The notes under the pieces: generated by a model | Told to the model about the DNA's origin: nothing | The model's input: the letters and a program-made list of their open reading frames with translations, nothing else | Database searches by the model: none | Translations under genes and position numbers: made by a program | Part shown: positions 24,732-37,438 of the stretch, piece after piece | Layout of the letters: every line of letters begins with the position of its first letter | How positions within the stretch are numbered: the stretch's first letter is position 1 | From: Amphiscolops sp. MND2022 | Taxonomy: Eukaryota | Reading direction: 5' to 3' | DNA length: 64,000 nucleotides | Assembly: GCA_964187785.1 (NCBI GenBank) | Contig: OZ076409.1 | Coordinates: 558,001-622,000, forward strand

Positions 24732-24919
24732 TGTGGGGCATATACGGTGTATGCACGCTCGCCCTCACCGTCGCAAAGACCAGCTCCCTCTACCATCGCT
24801 TCGCGATCTCCGTTCCCGCTAGGTTTTTGCTCTCGCTCGACCTCGCTTAGCAAGATGGGAAAACAAGCGGCCCCAAGGGGACGCAGGGCACTAGAGGAAA
24901 TGGGGACATATCCGAGGGG
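24732..24919 (+). repeat. Dispersed ~185-bp GC-rich repeat (also ~26414-26596, ~27908-28090, and a diverged minus copy ~49500-49686)
   Basis: GTGTATGCACGCTCGCCCTCACCGTCGCAAAGACCAGCTCCC...GCGGCCCCAAGGGG is shared; this copy is nested in a TIR element (~24589-25118, TIR GTCACTTGGCTTAAT). Confidence 0.8.
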
Positions 24920-25393
24920 TACTTGATATGACATATTATAATAATACGCTGATTACGTTATAAAGATAAATTCGACAAAATCTGCCACGTGTTTTCAACT
25001 AAGTGGTTTTAAGTCAAATGACTTCAATCCAAGTGAAAAACACTGGAGACACTTAGCTTTAAAAAATTAAGCCAAGTGACCAATTGTATTAAGCCAAATG
25101 GCATTAAGCCAAGTGACCTTCCGGGGGGGTGTTCGGAAATAGGTCGAAGGAACGGGATCGAAATCAGAGTTAGTCCTCAGGTCGACATTTTTTGAATAAG
25201 ATCCAAAGTTTTGAATAGGATCGAAACAACTCGGATCGACATTTATATAACGTAGTCAGATATGTTCACATACCTCTAGTGCCCTGAATGCAGGAGCGAA
25301 GCGACGTGCCATATGGCCATGCCTCATTGTTGCTACTTGGCGAAGGGAGCGAAGTAAAGGGAGCGCGCAAAAATAAAGGATTTTTTTTAAAAT

Positions 25394-26210
25394 TACCAGA
25401 GCCGCATATGCGGTAAAGGAGTCGGCTTAAGTCTTTTTCCTTCTGACTCGCTTTTGTTCGAATCGTATGAGCAGTTTGTGAGAAAATCGAAAAAATCAAA
25501 AAATGACCGTTTTTTGGCCATTTTTGGGCTAAATTTGGCTATGTTTCTCACATCCCAGCCATACGAATTTAAAGAAAATGCACATAAAGGACTCTAATAT
25601 GGTGTAGAATAACTAGAAAATTTCGTTCGAATCGTTTGGCCGTTTTTGGGCTAGTTTTGGCTATGTTTCTCACATCCCAGCCATACGATTTTGATGCCAT
25701 TGCACATATAAGACTCCAATATGGTGTAGAATAACTGTAGGAAATTCCGTTCGAATCGTATGGATATTTCATGAGAAAATCGAAAAAAGTCGAAAAATGG
25801 CTGTTTTTTGGCCATTTTTGGGCTAATTTTGGCTATGTTTCTCACATCTCAGCCATGCGATTTTGATGCCATTACACATATAGGACTCCAATATGGTGTA
25901 GAATGACTGTGGAAAATTTCGTTCGAACCGTATGGACAGTTTTTGAGAAAATTGAAAAAAGTCGAAAATTGGCTGTTTTTTAGTCATTTTTGGGCTAATT
26001 TTGGCTATGTTTCTCACAACCCGGTCATACGATTTTAATGCCATTGCGCACGCATGGGCCCCTTTAGGTGTAGAATGACTGTGCAAAACTTTTTAAAAAT
26101 CGTATGGACAGTTTTTGAGAAATTTGAAAAATTCATAAAAAGATCGGGAGAAAAAAAACAAAAAAACAGCACGATTGCATAAGTAGTCGAAAATTTTTTC
26201 CGACTCCTAA
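25394..26210 (-). mobile_element. HINE-like element, family 3, with ~180-bp internal tandem repeats
   Basis: Hairpin CCGCATATGCGG next to AGGAGTCGG; its inverse CCGACTCCTAA at ~26200; a related internal unit lies at ~11640-11800. Confidence 0.65.
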
Positions 26211-26365
26211 CAACCAACAAACTACTCATACCAGCCACAATCGCAGTCGACCGGTAGAAAATTTTTTTAAAGCTGCGGGGGACTCAGGGACAAATAATTT
26301 TCGGCAAATTGTCCTTCAAGTTCGGCAAATTGGGTTTCGGCAAATTGTCCGGTATCCCGTTTTTG

Positions 26366-29352
26366 CTCCTGCGAAGCGTTTAAAAAAGATAAGGTACTTC
26401 TCCTCACCTAATCTGGGATCATATACGGTGTATGCACGCTCGCCCTCACCGTCGCAAAGACCAGCTCCCTCTCCCATCGCTTCGCGATCTCCGTTCCCGC
26501 TAGGTCTTTGCTCCTGTTCGACCTCGCTTAGCAAGATGGGAAAACAAGCGGCCCCAAGGGGACGCAGGGCACTAGAGGAAAGGGGGGCATATACGACGGC
26601 CAAAAACATGTTATTTGAAAACGCTAGGTATTTGGCAAAATTCGGCAAATTAAAAAAATTCGTCCCTACAAACTTCGGCAAATTGAAAGGGACAATTTGC
26701 AGAAAAAAATCGGCAAGTTGTCCCTAACGTTCGGCAAATTGTCCCGAACCCAAGGCATGTAACGACAAGCGCTGGCGCTCAACCGAGACCTAGAAGTGGA
26801 GGAACTAGAATAAGTGAATATGATCCGGGACTTAGATCTCCACTGCCAGAGCTCATTTTCCCTCCAAGGGAGCACGGGCCAGGGTGGGTGAACCGTATTG
26901 TTAGATGCTCTCTGGCCTGGTCCTAGTCTGTAACAGCTAAAAATAACAGGCATCTCCATTGGACTAAAGAGCACTGCCTAATTAGCCTCTAAAAAGGGTG
27001 CCGAAAACTGAATTAGAGTTAAGCCATAATCTAGGGAAATCTGATAAACCGCCAATGAAGAACAGTAGCACAGATGGTATTTAGACAGCTCTCCAGTATA
27101 TCAACCTAAACTGCAACCAGTACATCAAATATAACAGTTTGAGTCCGTTCTCCGTAAAAAAAATAAGATCAAAAGGAGACCCAGTGCTCACAGAACACCA
27201 GAGGGATCTTCAGGAAGACATCTGGATTCACAAAAGTAGAGAATTCATGTCGGAGATAAGAACAATTCCGTGAAAAAAACGTCAGAATAGCTGAACTAGC
27301 TGCTGGTATTGCTTTTTTTGTTCTCGAGGGCGACGTCTTGTTACTTTTGGGACTATTGTCTGGCAGGTCTTTGACCGGAAACATGTTCAGGCTGCCACGT
27401 CATTTGAACGAAATTTTGGTACTTTGTTGAAAATCATCGAAAATTGTTGACATCAGCAGTTGCCGTTACATCACTCCCCGAGCTTCTGGCTTGTCGTCCC
27501 TGGCAACCGTCATAGTGCCTCGTCCTAGTACTGAACCACTTTGGCTTCTGAGGGTCGTCATCCACAGGGACGAATCCTTGCTTTTCTGCAACTTGTTTTG
27601 ACATTTTTCGCGATCTTACTTGAATAATTTCTTTCTGCCTAGGTATTTTACAAAAACATGAATGAGGTTTTAGCACCAGCTCGAGAGCTTGAATTTCCAG
27701 CCGTTAAAAACCTGCTTTGGACAGTCAATTGCGTTTGAAAACTCTTTTGTGACAATTATCGACCAAAAACATTTTTTAGTTCAGTTTTTTGCATGTTTTT
27801 CTCTTTTCAAGCACCTTAAAAAATTGTTAAGAAGTGCTCAGACTCACTGACTCACGGAACTCCTGCGAAGCGTTTAAAAAAGATAAGGTACTTCTCCTCA
27901 CCTAATCTGGGATCATATACGGTGTATGCACGCTCGCCCTCACCGTCGCAAAGACCAGCTCCCTCTCCCATCGCTTCGCGATCTCCGTTCCCGCTAGGTC
28001 TTTGCTCCTGTTCGACCTCGCTTAGCAAGATGGGAAAGCAAGCGGCCCCAAGGGGACGCAGGGCACTAGAGGAAAGGGGGGCATATACGACGGCCAAAAA
28101 CATGTTATTTGAAAACGCTAGGTATTTGGCAAAATTCGGCAAATTAAAAAAATTCGTCCCTACAAACTTCGGCAAATTGAAAGGGACAATTTGCAGAAAA
28201 AAATCGGCAAGTTGTCCCTAACGTTCGGCAAATTGTCCCGAACCCAAGGCATGTAACGACAAGCGCTGGCGCTCAACCGAGACCTAGAAGTGGAGGAACT
28301 AGAATAAGTGAATATGATCCGGGACTTAGATCTCCACTGCCAGAGCTCATTTTCCCTCCAAGGGAGCACGGGCCAGGGTGGGTGAACCGTATTGTTAGAT
28401 GCTCTCTGGCCTGGTCCTAGTCTGTAACAGCTAAAAATAACAGGCATCTCCATTGGACTAAAGAGCACTGCCTAATTAGCCTCTAAAAAGGGTGCCGAAA
28501 ACTGAATTAGAGTTAAGCCATAATCTAGGGAAATCTGATAAACCGCCAATGAAGAACAGTAGCACAGATGGTATTTAGACAGCTCTCCAGTATATCAACC
28601 TAAACTGCAACCAGTACATCAAATATAACAGTTTGAGTCCGTTCTCCGTAAAAAAAATAAGATCAAAAGGAGACCCAGTGCTCACATAACACCAGAGGGA
28701 TCTTCAGGAAGACATCTGGATTCACAAAAGTAGAGAATTCATGTCGGAGATAAGAACAATTCCGTGAAAAAACGTCAGAATAGCTGAACTAGCTGCTGGT
28801 ATTGCTTTTTTTGTTCTCGCGGGCGACGTCTTGTTACTTTTGAGACTATTGTCTGGCAGGTCTTTGACCGGAAACATGTTCAGGCTGCCACGTCATTTGA
28901 ACGAAATTTTGGTACTTTGTTGAAAATCATCGAAAATTGTTGACATCAGCAGTTGCCATTACATCACTCCCCGAGCTTCTGGCTTGTCGTCCCTGGCAAC
29001 CGTCATAGTGCCTCGTCCTAGTACTGAACCACTTTGGCTTCTGAGGGTCGTCATCCACAGGGACGAATCCTTGCTTTTCTGCAACTTGTTTTGACATTTT
29101 TCGCGATCTTACTTGAATAATTTCTTTCTGCCTAGGTATTTTACAAAAACATGAATGAGGTTTTAGCACCAGCTCGAGAGCTTGAATTTCCAGCCGTTAA
29201 AAACCTGCTTTGGACAGTCAATTGCGTTTGAAAACTCTTTTGTGACAATTATCGACCAAAAACATTTTTTAGTTCAGTTTTTTGCATGTTTTTCTCTTTT
29301 CAAGCACCTTAAAAAATTGTTAAGAAGTGCTCAGACTCACTGACTCACGGAA
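26366..29352. repeat. Tandem duplication of two ~1494-bp units
   Basis: Both units begin near CTCCTGCGAAGCGTTTAAAAAAG and end GACTCACGGAA; ORF offsets are 1494 and 1493; about 6 differences seen. Confidence 0.95.
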
Positions 29353-29681
29353 CAACCGATACAATTCACAGGACAGGAAACTACTGCTCACGGCGATTAA
29401 AGTATCTTTTGAAGCTATAGCAACTCAAGGACACCGTGAACGGTGTTGAACAAAGATAACAGCATTCTTTCATTTCATATTTTCGTTTTTGATTGCAAAG
29501 CAAGCAACTGGGGCAGACGTACTCTAAGGCCATACACCCACTGCGGAAAAAACAAAAGTAACTATCAACAAAATATCTAAGTAACCAAAATTGCACCTTG
29601 TAATTTGGTAGCTCCTTGTAGGATTTGAATAACGCAAGGCAAGTGTTTTAGGCAAGTTTCAGTTTGACAGGCCTCATCGAG

Positions 29682-32600
29682 TCACAGGGAGCGCGAACGC
29701 TCCCAATTACGGCTTGGTTTTACGGAGTTGAACTGCGTCGTACTCCTGGGCGATACCACAGTCACTATTGTTTCTGAATCAGAGACATCTTCAGGAAATA
29801 TCAAATCAGCAATCGGTTGGACCAATGCGGTGTCTGGAGTTAACTCCGCTGCGTGCTCTCCAATGGCCCGTGGTCTCATTGGCTCAGCTTCTAATTCATG
29901 CGTTGGCAGAGCGACAGTCACTTGTTGATCTGAAGACATCGCCATCGTGGGAGTTGGAACGGCAGCGCGAACGCCTGTTGCCGGGCGGTTTCTGCTCTGC
30001 TGTCGACTGGTAAGGGTAAGGCTATGCGCCGGGATACCCAGCCTAGCTGGTTCCAGAGCTCGCAAGCTCTTTTCGAATTGGGGAAACTGGCATTTTCAAT
30101 CTCGAGGCACAGGCTCCTCCGATTCTGCGCGGGCTTGAAGACATTGCACGAAATTGAAAGCGTCGTGCATCACAAATAGCATGTCGCCAGACATGGTCAT
30201 CTTGCCTTCACGGATTCTGCGTGACAGGATATCTGAGGTTTCTTTGGCGCACTTGTGCAGCACCTTCAATCCAGGGACTCTGGCTAAGACCAGGTGCTGT
30301 AGTTGATAATTGAGGCAATCGGGCGCTAGTCCTACAGGGCGTGCACGAGGCCATCCTACCGACTCTTTCCAGTACCGGTTAGGAAACGTGATACATTTAA
30401 ATAAATACAAAGGGTCCACACAGGAACTAGCACGCGTGCAAGCTCTAATAATTTTTCGCAGAGTTTCTTGGGACCGCGGAAATCGGAAGGGGAACCCATT
30501 GATACTCAGGGGAGCTGCGTACCATTTGACTGGACTGTGTTCTCGAGATAAAGGGCTGGCTATTGGGGTGCGGGTGCGCAAAAAACCCATCAAATTCTCT
30601 TCCAACTGTTTCACTGTCTTGATGGTAGTGTACGCTTGGGCATTTCTCCACTCATGACTGCGTCTAGGACTCTGGGATATGTCAATGGCGGGCTGCCTTG
30701 CAGATAAGTGCAGGTGGATACAGGGTGGGCACGTACTGCCATTGCGATTGGCTTGGTTGGATAACGAACTACTCCAGTGGCACCAAAGATAGGGGCTAAA
30801 ACGGATACCATCGCATGAGCAAAGTCTTCTACCTCCGCTCAGGTCAGGTCAGCTAGCTGCTGCGGCATAGGGAACCCAGCAGTTTCCCAGGGTTATTGTC
30901 GATCAGGGTCGTGCAGGGGCTGCACCTGGTCCACGCCAACAAAAAATCCCGATGCAAAAATCAAGGTCGAATACAACCAGTGCTGCACCGAGGCACGCAG
31001 ACGTTCTAGCTGGGCGGAAAAGTCATGTTGATCCTTCGTGTACAAGATATGACCCCAGCGAATTAAGCTTCGAAGCTGTCCTTGAGCTAGAACCACATAG
31101 CTGTAAAACATGATTAAGTCGCAGGACACGACTATTTCAATCAGCAGGGCCAGTGGACCGGCCACGAACTTGGCCGGACCTACCATCAACGCGAGCGCTA
31201 GCACCTCTCCAATGGACATTTCTCCGATAGTTTCTGGTAGTTTGTTGGCTTGCGAGTCTGTGACTGCCAACTCAGTAGCAAGTACATCCAAATTCCAGCC
31301 CAGGCCAAGGCTAGTGCAAACGGCCTCGCGGGGAAGTTTGAGCTCGCAAGCTACATCCGACATGGTTCGATCAATAAAACGGACTTGGTACCAGTGCGCA
31401 TAAGTGATCGCACCTGCGTCAACTTCTGCTTTCAGGTTAGTAGATTCAGTAGCAATGATATTGCATAGTCCCACAGGAAGTTTTACTAGCTCTGCTCCAG
31501 GCGCAAAACGAATCTGGGGAATAGTGCTCTCAACTGCACGCGCAGCGAGCCAATCTCCGATCTGTTTCATCATTCCAGTGAGTTCTCCGCAAACAGGCAC
31601 CTCTGTAGTATTCCGTATTAGCCAGGTGGGACGGCGTAATGCTTCTCGCTCCACGGTAGTTGTTTCTCCCATCATTCGACGACCTTGTTGGTCGAAAGCC
31701 ATCCCACCCATTCTCATGCCTTGGTCATCGTGAATAGCATCATCTTGAGTCAACTGTGCGTGCCAGAGCGTTCCACGGACTGAATCACCCTTGAGATGGC
31801 TGCTATGTAGGCGTCGTAAGAAAGTGCAGCAGGGCGCAGGTCACCAGCACCATCTCGCAAGTTTGGGGCACAGATGGCAAAGTCAATAAGGCGAGCCTTG
31901 CACACCTCCATCAACAGATAGACGAACTACTGCAGATTATTCTCCCTATACATAAATCCAGGCGGCGACACGAAGAGCAAAGATGCTCCCAACCGACCCC
32001 GAAGGATCCCTCCGGCTGTCTCCATCGCGTCAGCTACAAGCTGCAGTAAGCCTCCGACACGCTCAGGATTTCATGTGTCGTTCATGACTGCGTGCAGGTC
32101 TATCAGCAGTCCTTCACAAGCCATGTGATCCAGAACATTGGCAATAATCACACGCTGGTCTGGTGGTTCCTTCAGAGAAGGAGTTCTGGGGCGAAAATTG
32201 CCACAACCAATTTTGCTCATTCGGGGATTTGTGCTAGTGGCATGGTCATCACCATCACGTCCGGCATCAAGTTGTCGATTGGTAAGTCACAACTACAGGT
32301 GGATTCTACCACCAGGCAAAAACGGGCACGTTGCAACACACTCTTTAACAGGAGCTTCAACGACGTCAAGTGCCGCGCGTATCGGGCATTTGCTTCCCAG
32401 ATTTCTCCTTCTCGTAATGAGTACCGCGCAGGGACTTGTTCAGATAAATCGTGCTGGAGGGCGGCTAAATAGTTGTGAGGTGTTCTAGGCAGTCGTTCAA
32501 CGGCGCGTTGCTCCCAGGCTTGGTCCAACATTTCAGCGGGTGACGTGGGCAGCAATACTGCATTGGTTGACGGCATGTTGGTCAGCCTCACTGGGGGGCA

Positions 32601-32874
32601 CTCGTCTTTTTGTATCGTACATGTGGGCATGAAAGAATTCCGCTGATTCCCAAATGATCGAAAAGTTTTTTGATCGAAAAGTTTGAGCAGTTTCGACCTT
32701 GAGTAGGGTTTTAATTCTAATCGCCGGATTTTCTGTGGCGTTGTGTTTACTGTGCCTCTGTCAGAATTCGACGTTCGCTTTTCGGTTGCGTGGTTTGCGT
32801 GGTTTGCGTCTTTGCTGTTTGCGTTTCTTGGGTGAGTTCGTTGATTCCCCGGAGATGTTCTCGTCGTTGTTCAT
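29682..32874 (-). pseudogene. Disrupted ~1000-codon coding region of unknown function directly 3' of Gypsy element 1 pol
   Basis: Collinear minus-strand ORF pieces (32874-32761, 32630-32217, 31753-30893, 30811-30611, 30614-30096, 30065-29682) in non-repetitive DNA of roughly 50% GC. Confidence 0.55.
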
Positions 32875-35800
32875 AGTTTGCTGGATGGTGGGGCAGTACC
32901 AGGTATGCGGTCTATTGCGCTCTTGTGGAACTTACGTAGAATTTTCCGATACCTAAGCGCTACTCTGCTCGAGCCATCCATTCTGACGGCGTGTTGGTCA
33001 AACTGTTTCACTTCGATCAACAGGCCAGTTCGATCCCATCGCGATGGATGGTTGCTTGTTCTTCTGGATGAACACGCGGTCGCCAACTTTGAGGGTTGCA
33101 ACCGTACTGTGTGTTCGGTGAGGCGTTCAGCACTTCCAACAGTTCTAGCACGCATTGCCTCTTCCCTGGTCCGTCAGGTTTTTACCCAGATGTTGTGAGG
33201 TCTGTATGAACAAGGTGGAACGGAGATGAAGTCCTTTATGGACGCGTCCAAAGATCGTCTGTGCTGGAGATAAAAGTATCGCGGTCGAAGATGTTGCCGT
33301 ATTGAAGCATGCCTCTTTCAATTTGGTAGAGTTGATCTCTGAGATCAAGACAGTGTTGTCTTCGAGCATGTGCTTGCATATCTTGCCTCCGAGCCCGGCG
33401 CGTCTGTTTGAAGGAGCAAGCGCAACAGACATGAGGCGATGATAGACACCTCAATTTAACATCAATTGCGATGTCTCCTCGGCCGTAAATTCAGGTCTGC
33501 CAAATGAAACTTGTTCGTGTGCAATGCCGAAAAATACGAAAACTTCGCAAAGGCAGTGAACAAGAACCTTAGAATTATCTCCGGATTGATGCACAATCGC
33601 CCAACCAGACTAGCTGTCCACAGTGACCACGTAATTGCAGCCCTTGTGATTGAAGTTTTCCGTACAGATGCACTGAAATGGAGAGATTGGCTTCTGAGCG
33701 GCAAGCGGAGGACCATGCGGCTGGCTGAACGCATGCTTCGTGCATAACCGGCACTGAGCCTTCATGTTTGCAATAGCTGGCGCAATGCCCGTCGAAAGAC
33801 ACTAAATTCCAACCTGGAAATCAAGCAGGAGCCGAAACCAGGCTGTCTAGGATCCGTTCTCTTTGTGGTGATGGGATAACAATCCTGTTTTTGCATAGAA
33901 TCACTCCATCCACTGTGCTGCGTCCCTCCTTGAATGGGAACAATTCTTGCAAGGACAAAATCCACCCGCGAGGTTTTTTCCTGGAAACCTTCTTCAATCT
34001 CTACTGGGAGATTTCGTAAATAATGTCATTGTGAATGGTGTGTTCTCGGAACAGGGTCCATGTAACAGCACGGATGTCCTCGAGATTGGTGGCTGGTCTC
34101 AGGAAGGCAGAGACGCTCTTGAATACTTGCGATGGAGTGCTACTTCCTCGAGATTGCTATCCAGGAGAAGTTTATCCAGAGGGTTTGCTCGAGTTGGCAT
34201 CCGGCACTAATTATTTCTGTTCGGGTACATGGATGATAGAGAACTGGCATGGTCTTGAGTGACAGTAGATTCCCATCCTTGATGTCGCTGAGGGGCCGGT
34301 TGTTGAAAACCTCGAGTAGCAGCTTGTGGTCAGTAGCCACCACTAAATTTTCGCAACCGAGTATAAAGTGACGAGCGAATCCAAAGATCCAAATCCATTA
34401 ACCACAGTCAAGGTTTCTCCTTCAATCGGAGCATGTCTGGATTTGGCTTGGTGTGTGAACCTGCTACCCGGTAACACTATTTTTTATCCCGTTGCACAAC
34501 AGACTGGAGTGATGATATCACAAGTGCAGTACTTCTAGAGGAGCCAAAAACATTTGTTTTTCTTGGCACATTATGTGGCAAGGCATGTGAATTGTTTGGA
34601 GTCGAATATCCTGAGACCTTTGGTGATTTTGTCCAGTATAGCAGCCTTGGATTGCTCAAAAACGTGGTATTGCAGATGACGGTTTGTGATGCTCGCCGCG
34701 GAAAGGTGCCATGTTTTTGCGGAGGGAATCGCGGTACCACACTTGGTTGATGGGACTGAACCAAACTCGGACGTCAGTGATGTTTTGTGGCATAGGGAAG
34801 GCTGAATGTCGGTCGGAGTGATGGCGAAGCCATCAAATTCCACTGTGTCGGAGTCATTTACAAACATTTTGGGATGCTGCACAACTCCGCGTCGGCTGCA
34901 ACTGTTTCGCTAGTGAAATTCTTGAAAAAGTTTGAAAGAAGTTTTCTTCGAAAGTATCTGCCGATGCAAGTGTCATCGATGCATTAGGTCTTATTGGGAA
35001 AGTTAGTGACAATCTCATCGAATCTTCTGGTGTACCCGTCCTGTGACGCATCGTAGCCATGTGGACAAATCATTTATCAGTATAAACACCATGGCAAGAT
35101 GGGCATGGTGAGGCGGAGGTCTTTTCGGATTGGAACACTGTGATACCTGTTCGAAGCATCGACAATCGTCGTGTTCCCTGACGCCACCAGCGTTTCCTGG
35201 TGAAACGCATATTGGATGTGATGTGTTTCACAGACAGCACTTTGGTTGAACACCTGCAAATCAACTGTGCGTTGTGACTTGCTGTTTTTCTTTCGTGCCG
35301 TGAACATTCGATGGCACCTGGTAACCGTTTCTCCCACTGGGACAGCCTGCAGGACCTCGAGTTTGACACCTCTGTACAACAATGGACAACAATGTAGAGA
35401 GACAGAAATGGGTCTGTGGACTGCAATTTGCTTGGACTTTAGGTTGACGTGGAGTTCTGAAGGTAGGCCTTTCATTAAAAGGAATGTTTGGAATTCGCAA
35501 ATGGTGAAAGTTCTGGATCGGTATCTGTCGACTATCCAAATCTGGAAAACGACCAGGTAGGTGTCAGTTGCTAGAAACGGTAGAGCAGTTGGTAATGGGG
35601 CGACCTACTAGTTGGTAATGGTGCGTATGGGGCAAGGGCAGTCTCACTCCTCATCGAGGGGGCTTGCTGCAGCTCAACTAACTGATATCGGTTCTTCTGG
35701 CAATCGTAGGATAACTGCCCTTAGAACTGTGATAACGTCACGATTCACCGTCCCATTTCTGTTTTTACAAGGTTTGGTTCAATTTTTTGAAACTCAGCAT

Positions 35801-36900
35801 GACGACTGCTTTGATCCCAACTAGGACAATTTGAAATCCAGTATCAGTCATCAAGGCTATCGTAATCTGGCCTGTCCGCGTGTTGAAGCAGCTCCTCATA
35901 TTGTTTTGTGTGAGCGCAGGCGGTGAGATAAGCTGCCGGTGATGGCGGCGACTGTATTCTGATCCAACCATTTTTCCTTGCCAAATAAGGTAGGCACTGA
36001 TGACCGCCCTTTGATCGGTTTTATAAGAAGAGACCGTGCAGACTACCGAAATGTTGCACAATTTGTGAAGGACAGTGTTGGATCATCTGTGTTGTCTTTT
36101 TACGTGTCTTTTTGGGTTTAGACCTAGAGACGTTGACGAAGTGGTTCTTTTTGTTACACGTTGAACAATACTTATCATTGCCTGGTTTTCCGCAATTTCG
36201 GCATTGGACAAGGTGTTGGTCCTCGTCAGCCTGTTAATGCGAGGATAGTGTTCAGTACTCAGGTTCTGGAGAGTTGATTGTGATGCTTGTGATGGTTTAC
36301 CAGCTTCATTGGCCTCTTCAAACTTGATCATATCCTCCATGGTCATTGCTCCATCCTCCATGTGCTGCTCGTTGTGTCCCAGTTTATTTGCTTGATGCAG
36401 CTGTCGCCTAGTACTCTAGCGAGGGCGCCTTGGTCCATGTCATCGCTGTAGTTAAATGCTTCAAATGGGCTATGAGAGCAGTTTTTAGAGAACTTGCAGA
36501 CCTTAACTTGACATCGTAAGCGAGCGACAAGACTCGTAACACCCTCTTCTCTGTAATCCACTCCGTGTCATTCTCATGACAGACATCCTGCTCACCATGG
36601 CGTCCTCAGCCTTGACAAAAAGGTCTTGGTGGCTGCCAGAGCATCTATTGCAGTTGCCGTAGCGGTGTTTGTGTTTGAGTGGTAGAAAACTTTGCGTAGA
36701 CCTACTCGACACTTTTGCGCAAGACAAAATGTCGGGTTTAACATGTTGCCAAGCAACTGGCGAATGCGAATGCTCGTGCACCATGAAAAGTGGGTTGGGC
36801 TGCTTCAAAACTCCCCGTGGCGTAGGTACATCCTTCAACACGGCAATTGAGCACCACCATGGATAGCGGACACGTTAACTTGTCGAATCTAGGCTTGGAG
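32871..36900 (-). mobile_element. Decayed Ty3/Gypsy gag-pol (element 1)
   Basis: Frameshifted fragments in the expected order: gag LRCQVKVCKF, protease TDTGFQ, RT RTVDLQVFNQ and DASNRYHSVP, RNase H VATDHKLLL, integrase end WDRTGLLIEV...RYRKILRKF; no LTR pair found. Confidence 0.85.
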
Positions 36901-37438
36901 CACATGATTAGTGATGCTAGCTAGGTAATATAGGAACGGGTTTGAAGTACCGATACCTGATAAATTAAAATACACGCTCAAAGATCCCATTCAATTTTGG
37001 TCTTGAATTAGTAGTTGTTAGCCATGGCTTGAGTTAAAATGTTCTGTTGACTTGGCTCAATTTTGCGGTCGTTTGGTTTGACAATTTTGAGCCCAGTGAC
37101 TTTACAAAATCATTGAGCCCAATGACTTGAGGCCAAGTGACTTGTGACTATCGCTGCTAACGTCTGTGTCACTGTGATAAAAGAGTTGAACGAGACGGTT
37201 TATACGATCTTCCTTTCACCAAGAGTGCTGGTCGCTTCTCAAAGCTAGCTACTTTCAATATTTTCTTAAAGGGTCGTATTTCCGGCGGATCAAAACACTT
37301 TTCAATAAAAAAATATTCTCATACCAAAGGGACACAAAATCTAAAATAAAGTGAAGGATTTGAAAAAGATCATCGGAAACAACATTGCAAACTAAAGACA
37401 AATGAATCACATCATCGCCCTTCCATTATTTCTTACGG

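Noticed and set aside
25490..26120. CRISPR-like array
   Set aside because: These are contiguous ~180-bp degenerate tandem units without unique spacers, in a eukaryotic TE interior.
26366..29352. 1.49-kb units as LTRs of Gypsy element 1
   Set aside because: No matching copy at the 5' side (~36900-37400), no polypurine tract and no clear TG...CA ends.
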